Positions 1 to 9,985 of a stretch of DNA of 64,000 bases are shown here, piece after piece. This stretch comes from Akkermansiaceae bacterium (GTDB taxonomy: Bacteria; Verrucomicrobiota; Verrucomicrobiia; Verrucomicrobiales; Akkermansiaceae). Position numbers and translations under genes: made by a program. The DNA lies in NCBI GenBank assembly GCA_025457665.1, contig JALOTY010000005.1, forward strand, positions 4,316 through 68,315, given 5' to 3'. Under the pieces are notes generated by a model, which saw only the letters and a list, made by a program, of their open reading frames with translations, had not been told where the DNA came from and made no database searches. Every line of letters begins with the position of its first letter. Positions within the stretch are counted from its first letter, which is position 1.

Positions 1-2015
1 AGATAAGGCGGCGTGATGATCGTCAGCACCGGTGGGCCAGTCACGGTGATCGATCCGGTTTCCACCCATGACGAAAGTGCCCCATTCTCATCCCTCGCCC
101 TCGCACGAATGACATAACTCCCCGGCAGCCGCCACTGTCCCACCAGAGTCCGCGGCTGCCCCGCCGGACCAAAGGCACTCCAAACGGAATTCCGACCGTC
201 TCCCCAGTCCACCTGAACTTGCACGGGATCCGCATCCCCATCTCCCGGCAGAAACGCAAACTCAAGATTGCTTCCGGTTTCACCCGTGGAAGGACCTTCA
301 TGACTGGCCGCCATGGAAGGCGGCTGGTTCCCGGGAGTCGGGATGATTCTCACCCCTGCCGTGCCCAGAGCAGCAGCCTCCTCCGCGCTCAGAGCCTTGC
401 TGAAGATCGCCGCCATTCCCACGACCAGCGCTTGGTTTTCCAGACTCTCATCCGCGAACAACAAAACCTCAGCGGCATTCAAGGCATGCCTGCCATCCAG
501 GGCCGGCCGGGTGTGGGCGAAAAACAACTGACCATCGAGATAGGCCCGGTAAAAACCCGTCCCGCTCAGATCCACCGAAACCACCAATCGCCGCCACTCG
601 TTGGTGGGAAATGGAGAGTTGGAATAAGCCAGTCCACTGATGCCCAGCGCACTGTCGGAATTGCGAATGAAATACTCGCCATCATCCGTGTTCGCGAGAT
701 TCGTCTGCCATAACGTGCGCCACTGTCCTGCTGAGGGAATCAGCAGATCCATCACCATGGTGTAACGGTTCGTGAGATTGCCATCCCCGTTCGGGCCGAT
801 CCCGTGAATCGCCCGCAGATGATTTCCCTGACCGGCCACAGTGGTGATGACACCGGCAAGCGTGTTGGGATCCGCCCGGCCATCCGTCATGCTTGCCGCA
901 GTCACGGGCGATGTGCCGCTGATGATCAGGTCCGTCCCGTAGGTCGCCAAACCCGGATTCCCCGGCGCATCGAAATCCCACAAACCCACCAAACCATCCG
1001 GAATTCCTGCAGCAGGAGAAACATTCACCTGCTGCAAATTCACCCACGCCGATACCGCCCCGGGCAGATCCCGTGCCCGGGCCCGCAGGGTGAAGGTCCC
1101 GGAGTGGGGATAGGCGCGGGAAAAAACCACTGGGGTTCCCGATGGCACAGGTCCCGACCAGGCAGACCATCGACCATCCCCCCAATCGATCTGCATCTGC
1201 ACCGACGCCCCCTCGGGATCGGTCGCTTGCACGGTGAAGTTCTCCCCGGCGAGGGCGACCAGCGATGTGCCGCCGGCGGGAGTGATGGAAACCACCGGGG
1301 GCTGGCCGGGATCGACCGGTGCGGTTTGATCGAAATCCAGGTTGTCGATCGCGATGTTCACCGCAGAGCCACTGCCGCTTCCGCCAATGCGGACCAGATC
1401 CAGGCGGTAAGCCACGCCCGCCGTGCCTTGGAAATCAAGATGGACCGTGGGCGCTCCGGCATGAGTTCCATGGGATGACGGGGTTTGCGAGGTCACCGTG
1501 GTCCACAGCGGCGGAGTGGAGGTCCATTCCACCGCATTCGTCTGCGCATTCACGACATCCACGCGGTACTGATAGGTGTCGTTGTTGGTGTCACCGATGA
1601 AGTTGAACGATTTCAGGATCACCCCAAGGCCCGGAGTCGGCGTGAAAAGAATCGAAAAACGACTGTTGAGACTGCTGCCATCCATTTGCAGGACACCCCC
1701 GCCACTATTTGCGGCCGTGGCTCCGGCCCAGGTATGGAACTCCCAGCGATTCCCGTTGCTGCCACCCGTGGCGGACCATGTTAGATCCACCCCTGGCGTG
1801 CCCACAAGGTTCCCGGCGCCCACCGATGTTTCGAAAACCGCATTGCCCGGAGCTGCCAGCGCAATCTGATCCCCAAAGGTCTGGCCCACGGCGCTGTTGC
1901 TCGCACCCATGCCATTGGTGCCCGGTGAGTTGGCCCGGATGATGGTTCGTCCACTTGCCGCAGACATCATCAGACCTGCGAGAATGACGCTGACGCCGAG
2001 ACGATACATCTTCAT
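1..2015 (-). CDS. Secreted multidomain protein (signal peptide, PKD-like, LamG-like, second PKD-like), running off the left edge (partial)
   Basis: Not in the ORF track because it has no stop in the window. Manual translation from ATG at 2015: MKMYRLGVSVILAGLMMSAASG..., then QMQIDWGDGRWSAW and VQVDWGDGRNSVW (PKD WDFGDG-like motifs), LVGLWDFD...YTMVMDL...WRRLVVSVD...YLDG (LamG-like), ending ...LTIITPPYL at the edge with no stop. Confidence 0.8.
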   Translation of the reverse strand, partial: MKMYRLGVSVILAGLMMSAASGRTIIRANSPGTNGMGASNSAVGQTFGDQIALAAPGNAVFETSVGAGNLVGTPGVDLTWSATGGSNGNRWEFHTWAGATAANSGGGVLQMDGSSLNSRFSILFTPTPGLGVILKSFNFIGDTNNDTYQYRVDVVNAQTNAVEWTSTPPLWTTVTSQTPSSHGTHAGAPTVHLDFQGTAGVAYRLDLVRIGGSGSGSAVNIAIDNLDFDQTAPVDPGQPPVVSITPAGGTSLVALAGENFTVQATDPEGASVQMQIDWGDGRWSAWSGPVPSGTPVVFSRAYPHSGTFTLRARARDLPGAVSAWVNLQQVNVSPAAGIPDGLVGLWDFDAPGNPGLATYGTDLIISGTSPVTAASMTDGRADPNTLAGVITTVAGQGNHLRAIHGIGPNGDGNLTNRYTMVMDLLIPSAGQWRTLWQTNLANTDDGEYFIRNSDSALGISGLAYSNSPFPTNEWRRLVVSVDLSGTGFYRAYLDGQLFFAHTRPALDGRHALNAAEVLLFADESLENQALVVGMAAIFSKALSAEEAAALGTAGVRIIPTPGNQPPSMAASHEGPSTGETGSNLEFAFLPGDGDADPVQVQVDWGDGRNSVWSAFGPAGQPRTLVGQWRLPGSYVIRARARDENGALSSWVETGSITVTGPPVLTIITPPY

Positions 2016-2163
2016 GGGTGAACAAGGAGTCGAGAGGATAGGATTCAATTGGAGAGGTGATACGAATATCCCCTGATCTTCATTTCCGAATGGAAGTTCC
2101 ACCGCCTACGAAAAGGCCGCCCCTTCACGGAGCGGCCCTCAAAACCGATTTTCGCGGCAGCGA

Positions 2164-4422
2164 TCATGGGCGTCTGCGCCAGAACAGCAGACCCAGAGCG
2201 GCCAGACCCAGAGCGGCGCTTCCCGGTTCGGGCACGGCGGTGATGGTCACGAAGCTCGATCCCACGCCGCCATTGAGCCCGCTCAAGGCATCATCATAGT
2301 CGATCATCCAATCCCCGCCGGCATCATTGAAGATCGCACCATCGGCAAGGCCGGAGAAGGTTCCGGTCAGGCTGCCACTGTATCCGAACAGGGTGAATTT
2401 ATCCCCCACGGTGTAGGTGCCCAACTGCACCAGATCGAGCGTCGAATCCCCGAGATCAAGATTCCCTGAAACATTGGCAAAGTCCGCCGCAGAACCACCG
2501 CCGGTGACCTCATGAAGATAGGTCGCCGCGGCTGCGAGCGAAAGATTCGTGAAGTTCATCGATCCCGGCGATGTCCCCACCGAAAGGAGATTGCCCACGG
2601 TGAGATTGCCGGAAACGGTTCCATTTCCCGAGACGTTGTTGATCGTATATCCGCTCTTCGCGGAGATATCCAAGGTAGCGCCCAAACTCACCTGCACACC
2701 GCTGGTGTTGTCGATGGTGCCGGCGGAGGAGAGTGCCAAAGTGCCGGCAGAGACGAGAGTGGCACCCGTGTAGGTGTTCACTCCGGAGAGCGTGAGTGAA
2801 CCCGCACCGAGCTTGGTGAAGGTCGCCCCGCCCTGCACCACGCCACTGATGCCCGCGCTGTTGCCGGTGCCGACACCCACGCTGGCTCCACCCGTCAGTT
2901 GCAGGCTGTTGGCGATGGTGAAGCTGCCAAGCTGCAACGCACCCGCGGGCGGGCTGTTGCTATCGAGTACGATGTTTGCCGTACCTGCGGCACTGGCATT
3001 TCCGAGGATCAGGGGACCACGCTGGACATTGATGGTGCCGGCGAGGGTGTTGGTTCCATTCAAGGTAAGCGCCCCGGTGTTCTGTGAAGGCCCACCGCCT
3101 TGGAAAAAGAGCACCGTTCCGGTGCCACCGCCGGAAATCGTGCCGTTGAGCACCGTCGAGCTGTTGTTCGCGGTCAGGAGGGTGATGTTGCCGGTGCCGC
3201 TGGTGGGCAGGCTGATGTTGTTGGCCAGCGTGGCAGCCGTGCCGGTGATTTCCAAGCCGGTGCCCACGGCGTTGAAGGCGATGCTGCCGCTGCCGAGATT
3301 GCCCGCGCCCGCGATGGAGAGACGACCCTCATCAATCCGCACGCCGCCGGTCCCAGTTGCCGTGCCTGCCAGGGTGAGTGTCGTGGTGCCCTTTTTCACC
3401 AAGGTATTGTTGAAGGTGATGGCCCCATTGATCTGACTGCCGGTGAAGGTCTGGGTATTGATGTTGCTGCGGTCTGAAATGAAGATGCTTCGTGTCGCCG
3501 CCAGCGTGATATTGTTGGCACCGAAACGGAATCCGGTTCCCACCGGATCGTTCGCTGCGCCGACGTTCAGGCGGATCGCATTGTTGGCATTGCCGAGGGC
3601 GGCATCCGAGGTGATTTCCAGCGCCCCGCGCCAGACTTCCCATTCGCTCAGCGTCACAGTGTTGGATGCATTCGTGAGGCGCACCACGGATTGCCCGCTG
3701 CCCACCGTGCCATCGAGGCGGATCTTGGAAGTCGAGACTCCACCAGTGAGGAGCCCGGAGAAGGTCACGGTCTGGGGGCCGCCTGTGGTGTTCGACGTGA
3801 GAAGCAGGCGGGTCTGCCTTCCCGCCGTGGTGGTGAATGCGACGTTGTTAGAGAAGTTAACCGCATTGCCGGCGGCGGTCAGGAAATACAAACCCGTCAT
3901 GTCCGCGGTGTTCGCGAAGGTGATGGGGGCGGTGCCCAGCGCATTGGCATTGCCGAGGCGCAAAGCCCCGTCGCTCTGGCTGTTGGCCCCGGCATTGACG
4001 GTGATGGAGGTGAAGGTGTTGGCGTTGTCAAAACGCAAGCCATTGCTTCCGTTTTTGGTCAGCACACCACCAGTGATGGAGCCGCCCGTGAAAGCGTAGG
4101 AGCCGGAACCGGGCGCATTGAAGGTCAGGTCGCCCGCAGTGACGCCACCGGCGTCCACCGCGATGGAGCCGGCTGCTCCAGCGCCTGCACCGGCACCAAA
4201 AATGACATTGGTGCCGCCAGTGAAGCTCACATTGGTCGTGCCATTCCACCAGTTCGTGTTCGAGGTGTTCCAGGTTCCGGCTCCATCCTGGGCACCGGTG
4301 GTCGTGGTGTTGCTATCCCATGTCAGGGTCGATTGGGCGACGGCGGCGCACGGGATGACAAAGGTCGCAGCGAGGGCGAGCCATCGGGGGCTTTCAGTGG
4401 CGTTCATTCGGATTTCTTTCAT
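2164..4422 (-). CDS. PEP-CTERM protein with autotransporter-associated beta-strand repeats
   Basis: Signal peptide, Gly/Thr/Asn-rich repeats (LVKKGTTTLTLAG, FTKLGAGSLTLSGVNTYTGATLVSAGTL) and C-terminal VPEPGSAALGLAALGLLFWRRRP. The start could also be MNATES five codons later. Confidence 0.9.
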   Translation of the reverse strand: MKEIRMNATESPRWLALAATFVIPCAAVAQSTLTWDSNTTTTGAQDGAGTWNTSNTNWWNGTTNVSFTGGTNVIFGAGAGAGAAGSIAVDAGGVTAGDLTFNAPGSGSYAFTGGSITGGVLTKNGSNGLRFDNANTFTSITVNAGANSQSDGALRLGNANALGTAPITFANTADMTGLYFLTAAGNAVNFSNNVAFTTTAGRQTRLLLTSNTTGGPQTVTFSGLLTGGVSTSKIRLDGTVGSGQSVVRLTNASNTVTLSEWEVWRGALEITSDAALGNANNAIRLNVGAANDPVGTGFRFGANNITLAATRSIFISDRSNINTQTFTGSQINGAITFNNTLVKKGTTTLTLAGTATGTGGVRIDEGRLSIAGAGNLGSGSIAFNAVGTGLEITGTAATLANNISLPTSGTGNITLLTANNSSTVLNGTISGGGTGTVLFFQGGGPSQNTGALTLNGTNTLAGTINVQRGPLILGNASAAGTANIVLDSNSPPAGALQLGSFTIANSLQLTGGASVGVGTGNSAGISGVVQGGATFTKLGAGSLTLSGVNTYTGATLVSAGTLALSSAGTIDNTSGVQVSLGATLDISAKSGYTINNVSGNGTVSGNLTVGNLLSVGTSPGSMNFTNLSLAAAATYLHEVTGGGSAADFANVSGNLDLGDSTLDLVQLGTYTVGDKFTLFGYSGSLTGTFSGLADGAIFNDAGGDWMIDYDDALSGLNGGVGSSFVTITAVPEPGSAALGLAALGLLFWRRRP

Positions 4423-4478
4423 GGCAGGGTGGAGAAAGATGCGGTTGAGATGAGTGAGGCGGAAGTGGCGAAAATCGA

Positions 4479-7400
4479 TCAGGGAGCGTCGGCAGCCAGA
4501 CGGGCAAAGAGCCTGCCACCGCTGGCCAAGGTCTGAGGAAGTCGGACTTCCACACGATCGATGCCAGCCGCATAGTGATCGGGAGTCACCGTGATCGTGG
4601 CATTGCCCGGATCCGTCGCCGTCGTCCAGGTCGCGAGGAGATCCGTATCAAACTCCGCGCGGGGATTGACCGAGAGCGCCAACTGCTGGCGGCGGAAAGT
4701 GAAAACCCAATCCGTGCCATCCTGCACGAAGCTCGGCAGGTCCGCCGTGGAATTGCCTCCCGGGTTCGCGGGGTTGGGTTCCGTGCCCAGAACAAACTCA
4801 ATGCCGTTTTCAATCCCATCGTTGTCAGGATCGGCATCAAAGTCCGCATCGCCTCCCGTGAGACCCTTGGAAGCGATCCATGATTCATAGCCGGCCTGCT
4901 CGACGAGTTTGATTTGACCCGGTGTGGCGTAGTCCACGGCATAGCCGGGAGTCACCGTGCCGAAGGTCCCCGTCAGCGTGCCGCTGTAGGTGGCAATGAC
5001 ATAAGGAAACGCGGTTCCGGCGGCGATCTCGTTCACCACCAGACCGGATCCAGCGGCAAGCGTGATATCGGTGGCGGCAATGGCATCGGAGGAGGCACCG
5101 GAGATGTCGCACTGATAGTTGCCGGTGATGGTGGCCGCCGCGGTCGTCAGGGTGCCGACGGTCGTGCCCGGAGCGATTGCGCCGCCGGTGTTGACTGCCA
5201 CGGCGCGGTTGATGGTGCCGCTGCCACCCAAGGTGCCGCCGGTCTGCACGGTGACCGTGCCGCCCCCTGTGGCAAAGGTCCCGTCCACCCGGAGCGTGCC
5301 GGCGCTGACCGTGGTGATGCCCGTGGCGTTGTTGGTGCCGGTGAGGATGAGTGTGCCGGTGCCTTGCTTCACCAGATTGCCCACGCCCGCGAAGTTTCCT
5401 GCAATGGTGCCGGTGAACGCCTGCGTGTTGATCGGCATGGGCTGGGTGTTCGTGTAAAGGGTGATCGAGCGGCCGGCGTTCAGCGTGATATTGTCGGCAT
5501 CAAAACGCAGCGCGCCGTTGAGATTCTCCGTGGAGTGGGAGATGTCATTGTCGGCGTTGCCCAGAGCGGCATCAGAGGTGAAAGCAAGAGTGCCACGCCA
5601 CATTTCGATCGTGCCCTGGAAATCATTCGCCGCGTTCTGGAGGACAAGCACGCCATTGTGGTTGCCGACCACTTGGGAATCACAGAGCCGGAGGATCTGG
5701 GCGGGATTTCCTCCCGTAAGCTTGCCACTGAGAATGAGAGTGGTCGGCGCGGAAGGATTGAGGATGTTCAAGACACTCAACTGCGGCGCGAAAGTGCCGG
5801 ATGGCAGAGTGATGTCACCCGGAAGGGTCACCGTGGATCCGCTGGTGAGATTGAAGTTCACCGCGCCGTCCTGGATCACGATGGGTCCGGAAGAGAAACC
5901 GGCGGACAAGGACGCCGTGAGGTTTCCAAGACCGGTCTTGAGCAGCCCGCCACTCCCGGAAACGGCGTTGTTCAGGGTCGCGTTGGTGGCCAGTCTCATT
6001 TCCAGGGTGCCATCATTCACCACGGCCCCACTGCCCAGAACTGCACTGGATGTGGCCGCCAGCGTCGCCCCGCTGAGGATGGTCGTGGCACCCACAAGGC
6101 TCCCGGTCCCACTGAGGGCGACCTTGCCATTTCCCCCCACCGTCAGAGCGCCCGCAGCGCTGATCGCCCCGGTGTAAAGCGATTCCACTCCGGTCGTCAG
6201 CGTGTCCAGCCGGGCACCATTGCTGCCGATGTTGAGAGTCCGGTTGCTGAAAACATCCGTGGCGGAAGTCACCACCAGGCGGGCATTGTCGATCGAGATC
6301 GAGGAACCGGCACCCAGCGAACTCACAAAGGTCGAATCCTCGAGTTTCGCCACTTCCACCGTGCCTCCATTCAGGTTCACGGGACCGTTGAAATCGTGGC
6401 TCGTTCCCGTGATGGCGAGCAGTCCGTCGCCGCTCTTGGTCAGACCCGTCGATCCCGTGATGACCCCGCTGCCACCGAAACCGTAGGCAGTTCCCGCCGC
6501 AGTGTTGTTCACGACGATGCTGGCAGGATTCACAGAGGTGCTCAGATCGAGGTTTTGCACCGGCGTGCCGGAGATGTCATTGAAGGCGACCTGGTCGGCA
6601 TTGAAGAAGCGATCCTGGGAATCGGGCGCGGTGAGATTGTTCCAGTTCTCATCGGCCGCATCCGTGCTCCACTCCAGATTCGTCGCTCCTGTCCAGACCA
6701 GCGAAGCGGCACTGCCGCTCACGGCCAGGGTGAGGGAATTCGGCACCGCGGTGATGCTCGGCGTGAAGGTCTGACGGCTGCTGCCCGGAGTCGGCAAGCC
6801 GACGAAGGTGAGGTTGCTCACATCACCCGTGATCGATCCCGCCTCAATCAGGGTATAGGTGCCGCTGCCCAGTTGCCCGTTCAGACGATTGATGCCGATG
6901 TTTGCCGCCACCGTGAGGTCAAGGTCTCCGGTCACCACGATGCGGTCGTTGGTGGCGGCAGGATTGTCGGTGAGGTCGAAGGAAATCGCATTGGCGGGAA
7001 AACCGAAACCATCCACGAGCAGGTCGCCATTCACCGTCAAGGTGCCCGTGCCGCTTCCCGGCATGATTTGAAGAATCCCCCCGGCGGTGTCCACGTCGCC
7101 ATTGACATCGGTCCCCGGAGCACTGCTCCGCCCACCGGACAAGGATTTGCCCGTGGGGATCGCATAAGCCGAGGAAAGGCCGGTCACATCCAACACGCCA
7201 CCGGGCTGGATGACGACGTTTCCTGCGGAACTTCCCGTCCCCGTGAAGGCCAGGGTGCCACTGTTGACATTGACCGTGCCGGTGTGGGCACTGGCGGCAC
7301 TGAGAGTCGTCGTGCCCGTGCCGGCTTGCGTGATCGAGCCAATCCCGGAAATGGCATTCGAAAGCGTCACGGCATCCGAGCGATCCACCGCAAAAGTTCC

Positions 7401-8573
7401 ACCCGCGGCAGGCAGGCTGATCGCGCCGCTGCCCAATGCTCCCGTCGTGCCTCCGTTGCCAAGGCGCAGCGTGCCTTCATCGACTCTCACTCCGCCCGTG
7501 CCGCTCGCGCTGCCATTCAGGGTCAGCGTGGATGCGCCTTTCTTGACGATGCTGTTAGAGAAAGTGATCGGGCCATCGATACGGCTGCCCGTGAAGTTGA
7601 AGGTCTGGATGTTGGTGCGGTCGGAAACAAAGATGCTGCGAGTGGCTGGCAGCACGATGTTGTCCGCGCCAAAGCGCAGCCCGGTTCCCAGAGGGTCGCC
7701 CGTAGCGCCGACATTCAGGCGGATCGCGTTGTTGACGTTTCCGAGGGCACCATCGGAAGTAATCTCCAGCGCCCCGCGCCAGATCTCCCATTCGCTCAAG
7801 GTCACGGTGTTGCCGGAGTTGGTGAGACGAACGACCGACTGGCCGCTGCCAGCGGTGCCATCGGTCCTGATCTTCGAGCTTGCCACACCTCCGGACAAGA
7901 GGCCTGAGAAAGTCACCGTTTGAGGTCCTCCTGCAGTGTTGGAAGTCAGCAGCAGGCGCGTCTGCAGTCCCGCCGTGGTCGCACTGGAGAAGGTGATGTT
8001 GTTGGAAAAGGTCGTCGCATTGCCGAAACCGGTGAGGAAAAACAAGCCGGTGAGACTCGCGGTGTTGTTGAAAGTGATGGGTGCCGTGCCGAGAGCGTTC
8101 GCATTGCCGAGTCGGAGGGCACCATCGGCTTGGGAGTTCGCACCGGCATTGACGGTCACCGAGCTGAAACTGTTGGCATTGTCGAAGCGGACTCCGTTGG
8201 TGCCATTCTTGGTCAAGGCCCCAGCGGTGATCGATGCCCCGGTGAAAGTGTAGGAACTGGTTCCCACGGTGTTGAAGGTCAGACTCCCCGCCGTCACGCC
8301 TCCGGTCACCACATTGATGGTCGCCGCTGCCGCAGGTGACCCGAAGGTGACGTTCGCACCGGCGGTGAAACTCGTATTGGCGGCACCATCCCACCAGTTG
8401 GTGTTGATGGTATTCCATGTTCCGGCTCCATCTTGGGCTCCGGAAGTCACGGCATCGGCATCCCATGTCAGGTTCGCTTGGGCAAACAGGGCACCGGGGA
8501 GGGACAGGGCGGCGGCGATGGAATGCCGCCGGAAACAGAAAAGGAAACGGCTTTTGTTGCAGGGAAGGGACAT
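4479..8573 (-). CDS. Large surface protein with autotransporter-associated beta-strand repeats and a Verrucomicrobia-type C-terminal domain
   Basis: The track starts it at 8822; the more likely start is MSLPCNKSRFLF at 8573, which precedes a signal-like segment. Many LTKxGxGxL repeats. C-terminus YESWIASKGL...DADPDNDGIENGIEFVLGTEP...GRLFARLAADAP. Confidence 0.85.
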   Translation of the reverse strand: MSLPCNKSRFLFCFRRHSIAAALSLPGALFAQANLTWDADAVTSGAQDGAGTWNTINTNWWDGAANTSFTAGANVTFGSPAAAATINVVTGGVTAGSLTFNTVGTSSYTFTGASITAGALTKNGTNGVRFDNANSFSSVTVNAGANSQADGALRLGNANALGTAPITFNNTASLTGLFFLTGFGNATTFSNNITFSSATTAGLQTRLLLTSNTAGGPQTVTFSGLLSGGVASSKIRTDGTAGSGQSVVRLTNSGNTVTLSEWEIWRGALEITSDGALGNVNNAIRLNVGATGDPLGTGLRFGADNIVLPATRSIFVSDRTNIQTFNFTGSRIDGPITFSNSIVKKGASTLTLNGSASGTGGVRVDEGTLRLGNGGTTGALGSGAISLPAAGGTFAVDRSDAVTLSNAISGIGSITQAGTGTTTLSAASAHTGTVNVNSGTLAFTGTGSSAGNVVIQPGGVLDVTGLSSAYAIPTGKSLSGGRSSAPGTDVNGDVDTAGGILQIMPGSGTGTLTVNGDLLVDGFGFPANAISFDLTDNPAATNDRIVVTGDLDLTVAANIGINRLNGQLGSGTYTLIEAGSITGDVSNLTFVGLPTPGSSRQTFTPSITAVPNSLTLAVSGSAASLVWTGATNLEWSTDAADENWNNLTAPDSQDRFFNADQVAFNDISGTPVQNLDLSTSVNPASIVVNNTAAGTAYGFGGSGVITGSTGLTKSGDGLLAITGTSHDFNGPVNLNGGTVEVAKLEDSTFVSSLGAGSSISIDNARLVVTSATDVFSNRTLNIGSNGARLDTLTTGVESLYTGAISAAGALTVGGNGKVALSGTGSLVGATTILSGATLAATSSAVLGSGAVVNDGTLEMRLATNATLNNAVSGSGGLLKTGLGNLTASLSAGFSSGPIVIQDGAVNFNLTSGSTVTLPGDITLPSGTFAPQLSVLNILNPSAPTTLILSGKLTGGNPAQILRLCDSQVVGNHNGVLVLQNAANDFQGTIEMWRGTLAFTSDAALGNADNDISHSTENLNGALRFDADNITLNAGRSITLYTNTQPMPINTQAFTGTIAGNFAGVGNLVKQGTGTLILTGTNNATGITTVSAGTLRVDGTFATGGGTVTVQTGGTLGGSGTINRAVAVNTGGAIAPGTTVGTLTTAAATITGNYQCDISGASSDAIAATDITLAAGSGLVVNEIAAGTAFPYVIATYSGTLTGTFGTVTPGYAVDYATPGQIKLVEQAGYESWIASKGLTGGDADFDADPDNDGIENGIEFVLGTEPNPANPGGNSTADLPSFVQDGTDWVFTFRRQQLALSVNPRAEFDTDLLATWTTATDPGNATITVTPDHYAAGIDRVEVRLPQTLASGGRLFARLAADAP

Positions 8574-8827
8574 GGCTGGGGAGGCGAGGGGTTGGCACCG
8601 GACCACCGGGATGCGTGCCATCATTTCGACTGCCCGGCCTTTTCGCCATGACGGAGATGCAAGAAAGATTGGCATTTTGCCACTTTTTCGAATCAGGAAA
8701 CGCCACACGGGAGCACCCGAGGGTTTCCCCGAAAAAAGCCGCCGAGACGCGGTCTCCTCTTCGGGATCGGCCGCGATATTCTTCGGCCCGCCCCTTGCGT
8801 CACCCTGCACCCCGGGCATCATCCGTC

Positions 8828-9970
8828 ATGACGGTGACCCGCCAGCACGCCTTGGATGCTCTCGATCTCTTTCTCCCCAAAGCCGCGAACTACGCCAGAT
8901 ATCGTAATTTCGACACCGGTCCCGATGGCCCGCTCCACGTTTCCCGCCTCTCGCCCTATCTCCGCACCCGCCTCATCAACGAGGAGGAAGTCTGCACCGC
9001 CGTCATCGCCCGCCATGGCATCCATGCCCCGGAAAAATTCCTTCAGGAGGTCGCCTGGCGAACCTACTGGAAGGGCTGGCTGGAGTTGCGCCCGGGGGTC
9101 TGGGATGCCTGTCGCGAAAGCCTTTCCTCGCTCCAAGCCGATGACGACTGCCAGCGAGCCATGCGCGGGGAAAGCGGGATCGATTGCTTCGATGCCTGGT
9201 GCCGCGAACTTCTGGAAACCGGCTACCTCCACAATCACGCCCGCATGTGGTTCGCCAGCATCTGGATTTTCACCCTCCGCCTGCCCTGGGAACTTGGTGC
9301 CGACTTTTTCCTCCGCCATCTGCTCGATGGCGATCCCGCATCCAACACCCTTTCCTGGCGCTGGGTCGCCGGACTCCACACGCCCGGAAAACACTACCTC
9401 GCCCGCGCCGAAAACATCCGCACCTTCACCCTTGGTCGCTTCGATCCCCAGGGGCAGCTCGATGAATCCGCCGCCCCACTGCCGCCCGATTTCATCCCCG
9501 CCGCTAATGCCCCCGACTTCCCCAAGCCCCCGCCGTCCGGCGCCCGACTCGGCCACCTTCTCCTGCCCGATGACCTCTCGCCCCTTCCTTCAGGCCCCCA
9601 GGGCGGACCAAGCCTCACCGCCACCGCGGGCTGGATGCCCACAGCCACCGCTGCCCTTTCCGAAAAAGTCCGCCGCTTCCTCTCGGACGCCCTCGATGAT
9701 GCTCTGACCCGAAGCCGCGGGGAAAAACTCAGTGGCGATCTTTCGTCAGCCGCCGCCGATTGGGCACGGCGTTGGGGTTTGGAGGGCATCGTCATCACCC
9801 GCCCCACCGTCGGACCATGGCGGGAGTTGTTAGAAAACTTCGATCCCGGATTGCCCGTTTACCATCACGTCTCCGCCTGGGACCGACGTCTCTGGCCCCA
9901 CGCCACTGCGGGTTACTTCCGATTTCGCAGCCAGCTCCCCAAGATCTTCAACGAAATCCGTTCATCATGA
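8828..9970 (+). CDS. Short photolyase/cryptochrome-family protein with an N-terminal FAD-binding domain
   Basis: VSRLSPYLR, FLQEVAWRTYWK, GYLHNHARMWFAS, GADFFLRHLLDGDPASNTLSWRWVAG lie in the first ~200 of ~380 aa. Start ATG 8828 (MTVTRQHAL) is in frame with track ORF 8417..9970. Confidence 0.85.
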   Translation: MTVTRQHALDALDLFLPKAANYARYRNFDTGPDGPLHVSRLSPYLRTRLINEEEVCTAVIARHGIHAPEKFLQEVAWRTYWKGWLELRPGVWDACRESLSSLQADDDCQRAMRGESGIDCFDAWCRELLETGYLHNHARMWFASIWIFTLRLPWELGADFFLRHLLDGDPASNTLSWRWVAGLHTPGKHYLARAENIRTFTLGRFDPQGQLDESAAPLPPDFIPAANAPDFPKPPPSGARLGHLLLPDDLSPLPSGPQGGPSLTATAGWMPTATAALSEKVRRFLSDALDDALTRSRGEKLSGDLSSAAADWARRWGLEGIVITRPTVGPWRELLENFDPGLPVYHHVSAWDRRLWPHATAGYFRFRSQLPKIFNEIRSS

Positions 9971-9985
9971 CGTTATCCTCCCTGC

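Noticed and set aside
4914-7907. 997-aa plus-strand ORF and many other long overlapping ORFs in the track (e.g. 10546..12369, 15806..17854, 28234..29865, 29941..31512, 34828..36609, 51239..52636, 59158..60666)
   Set aside because: They are antisense or off-frame shadows of well-supported genes in GC-rich DNA and carry no family motifs.
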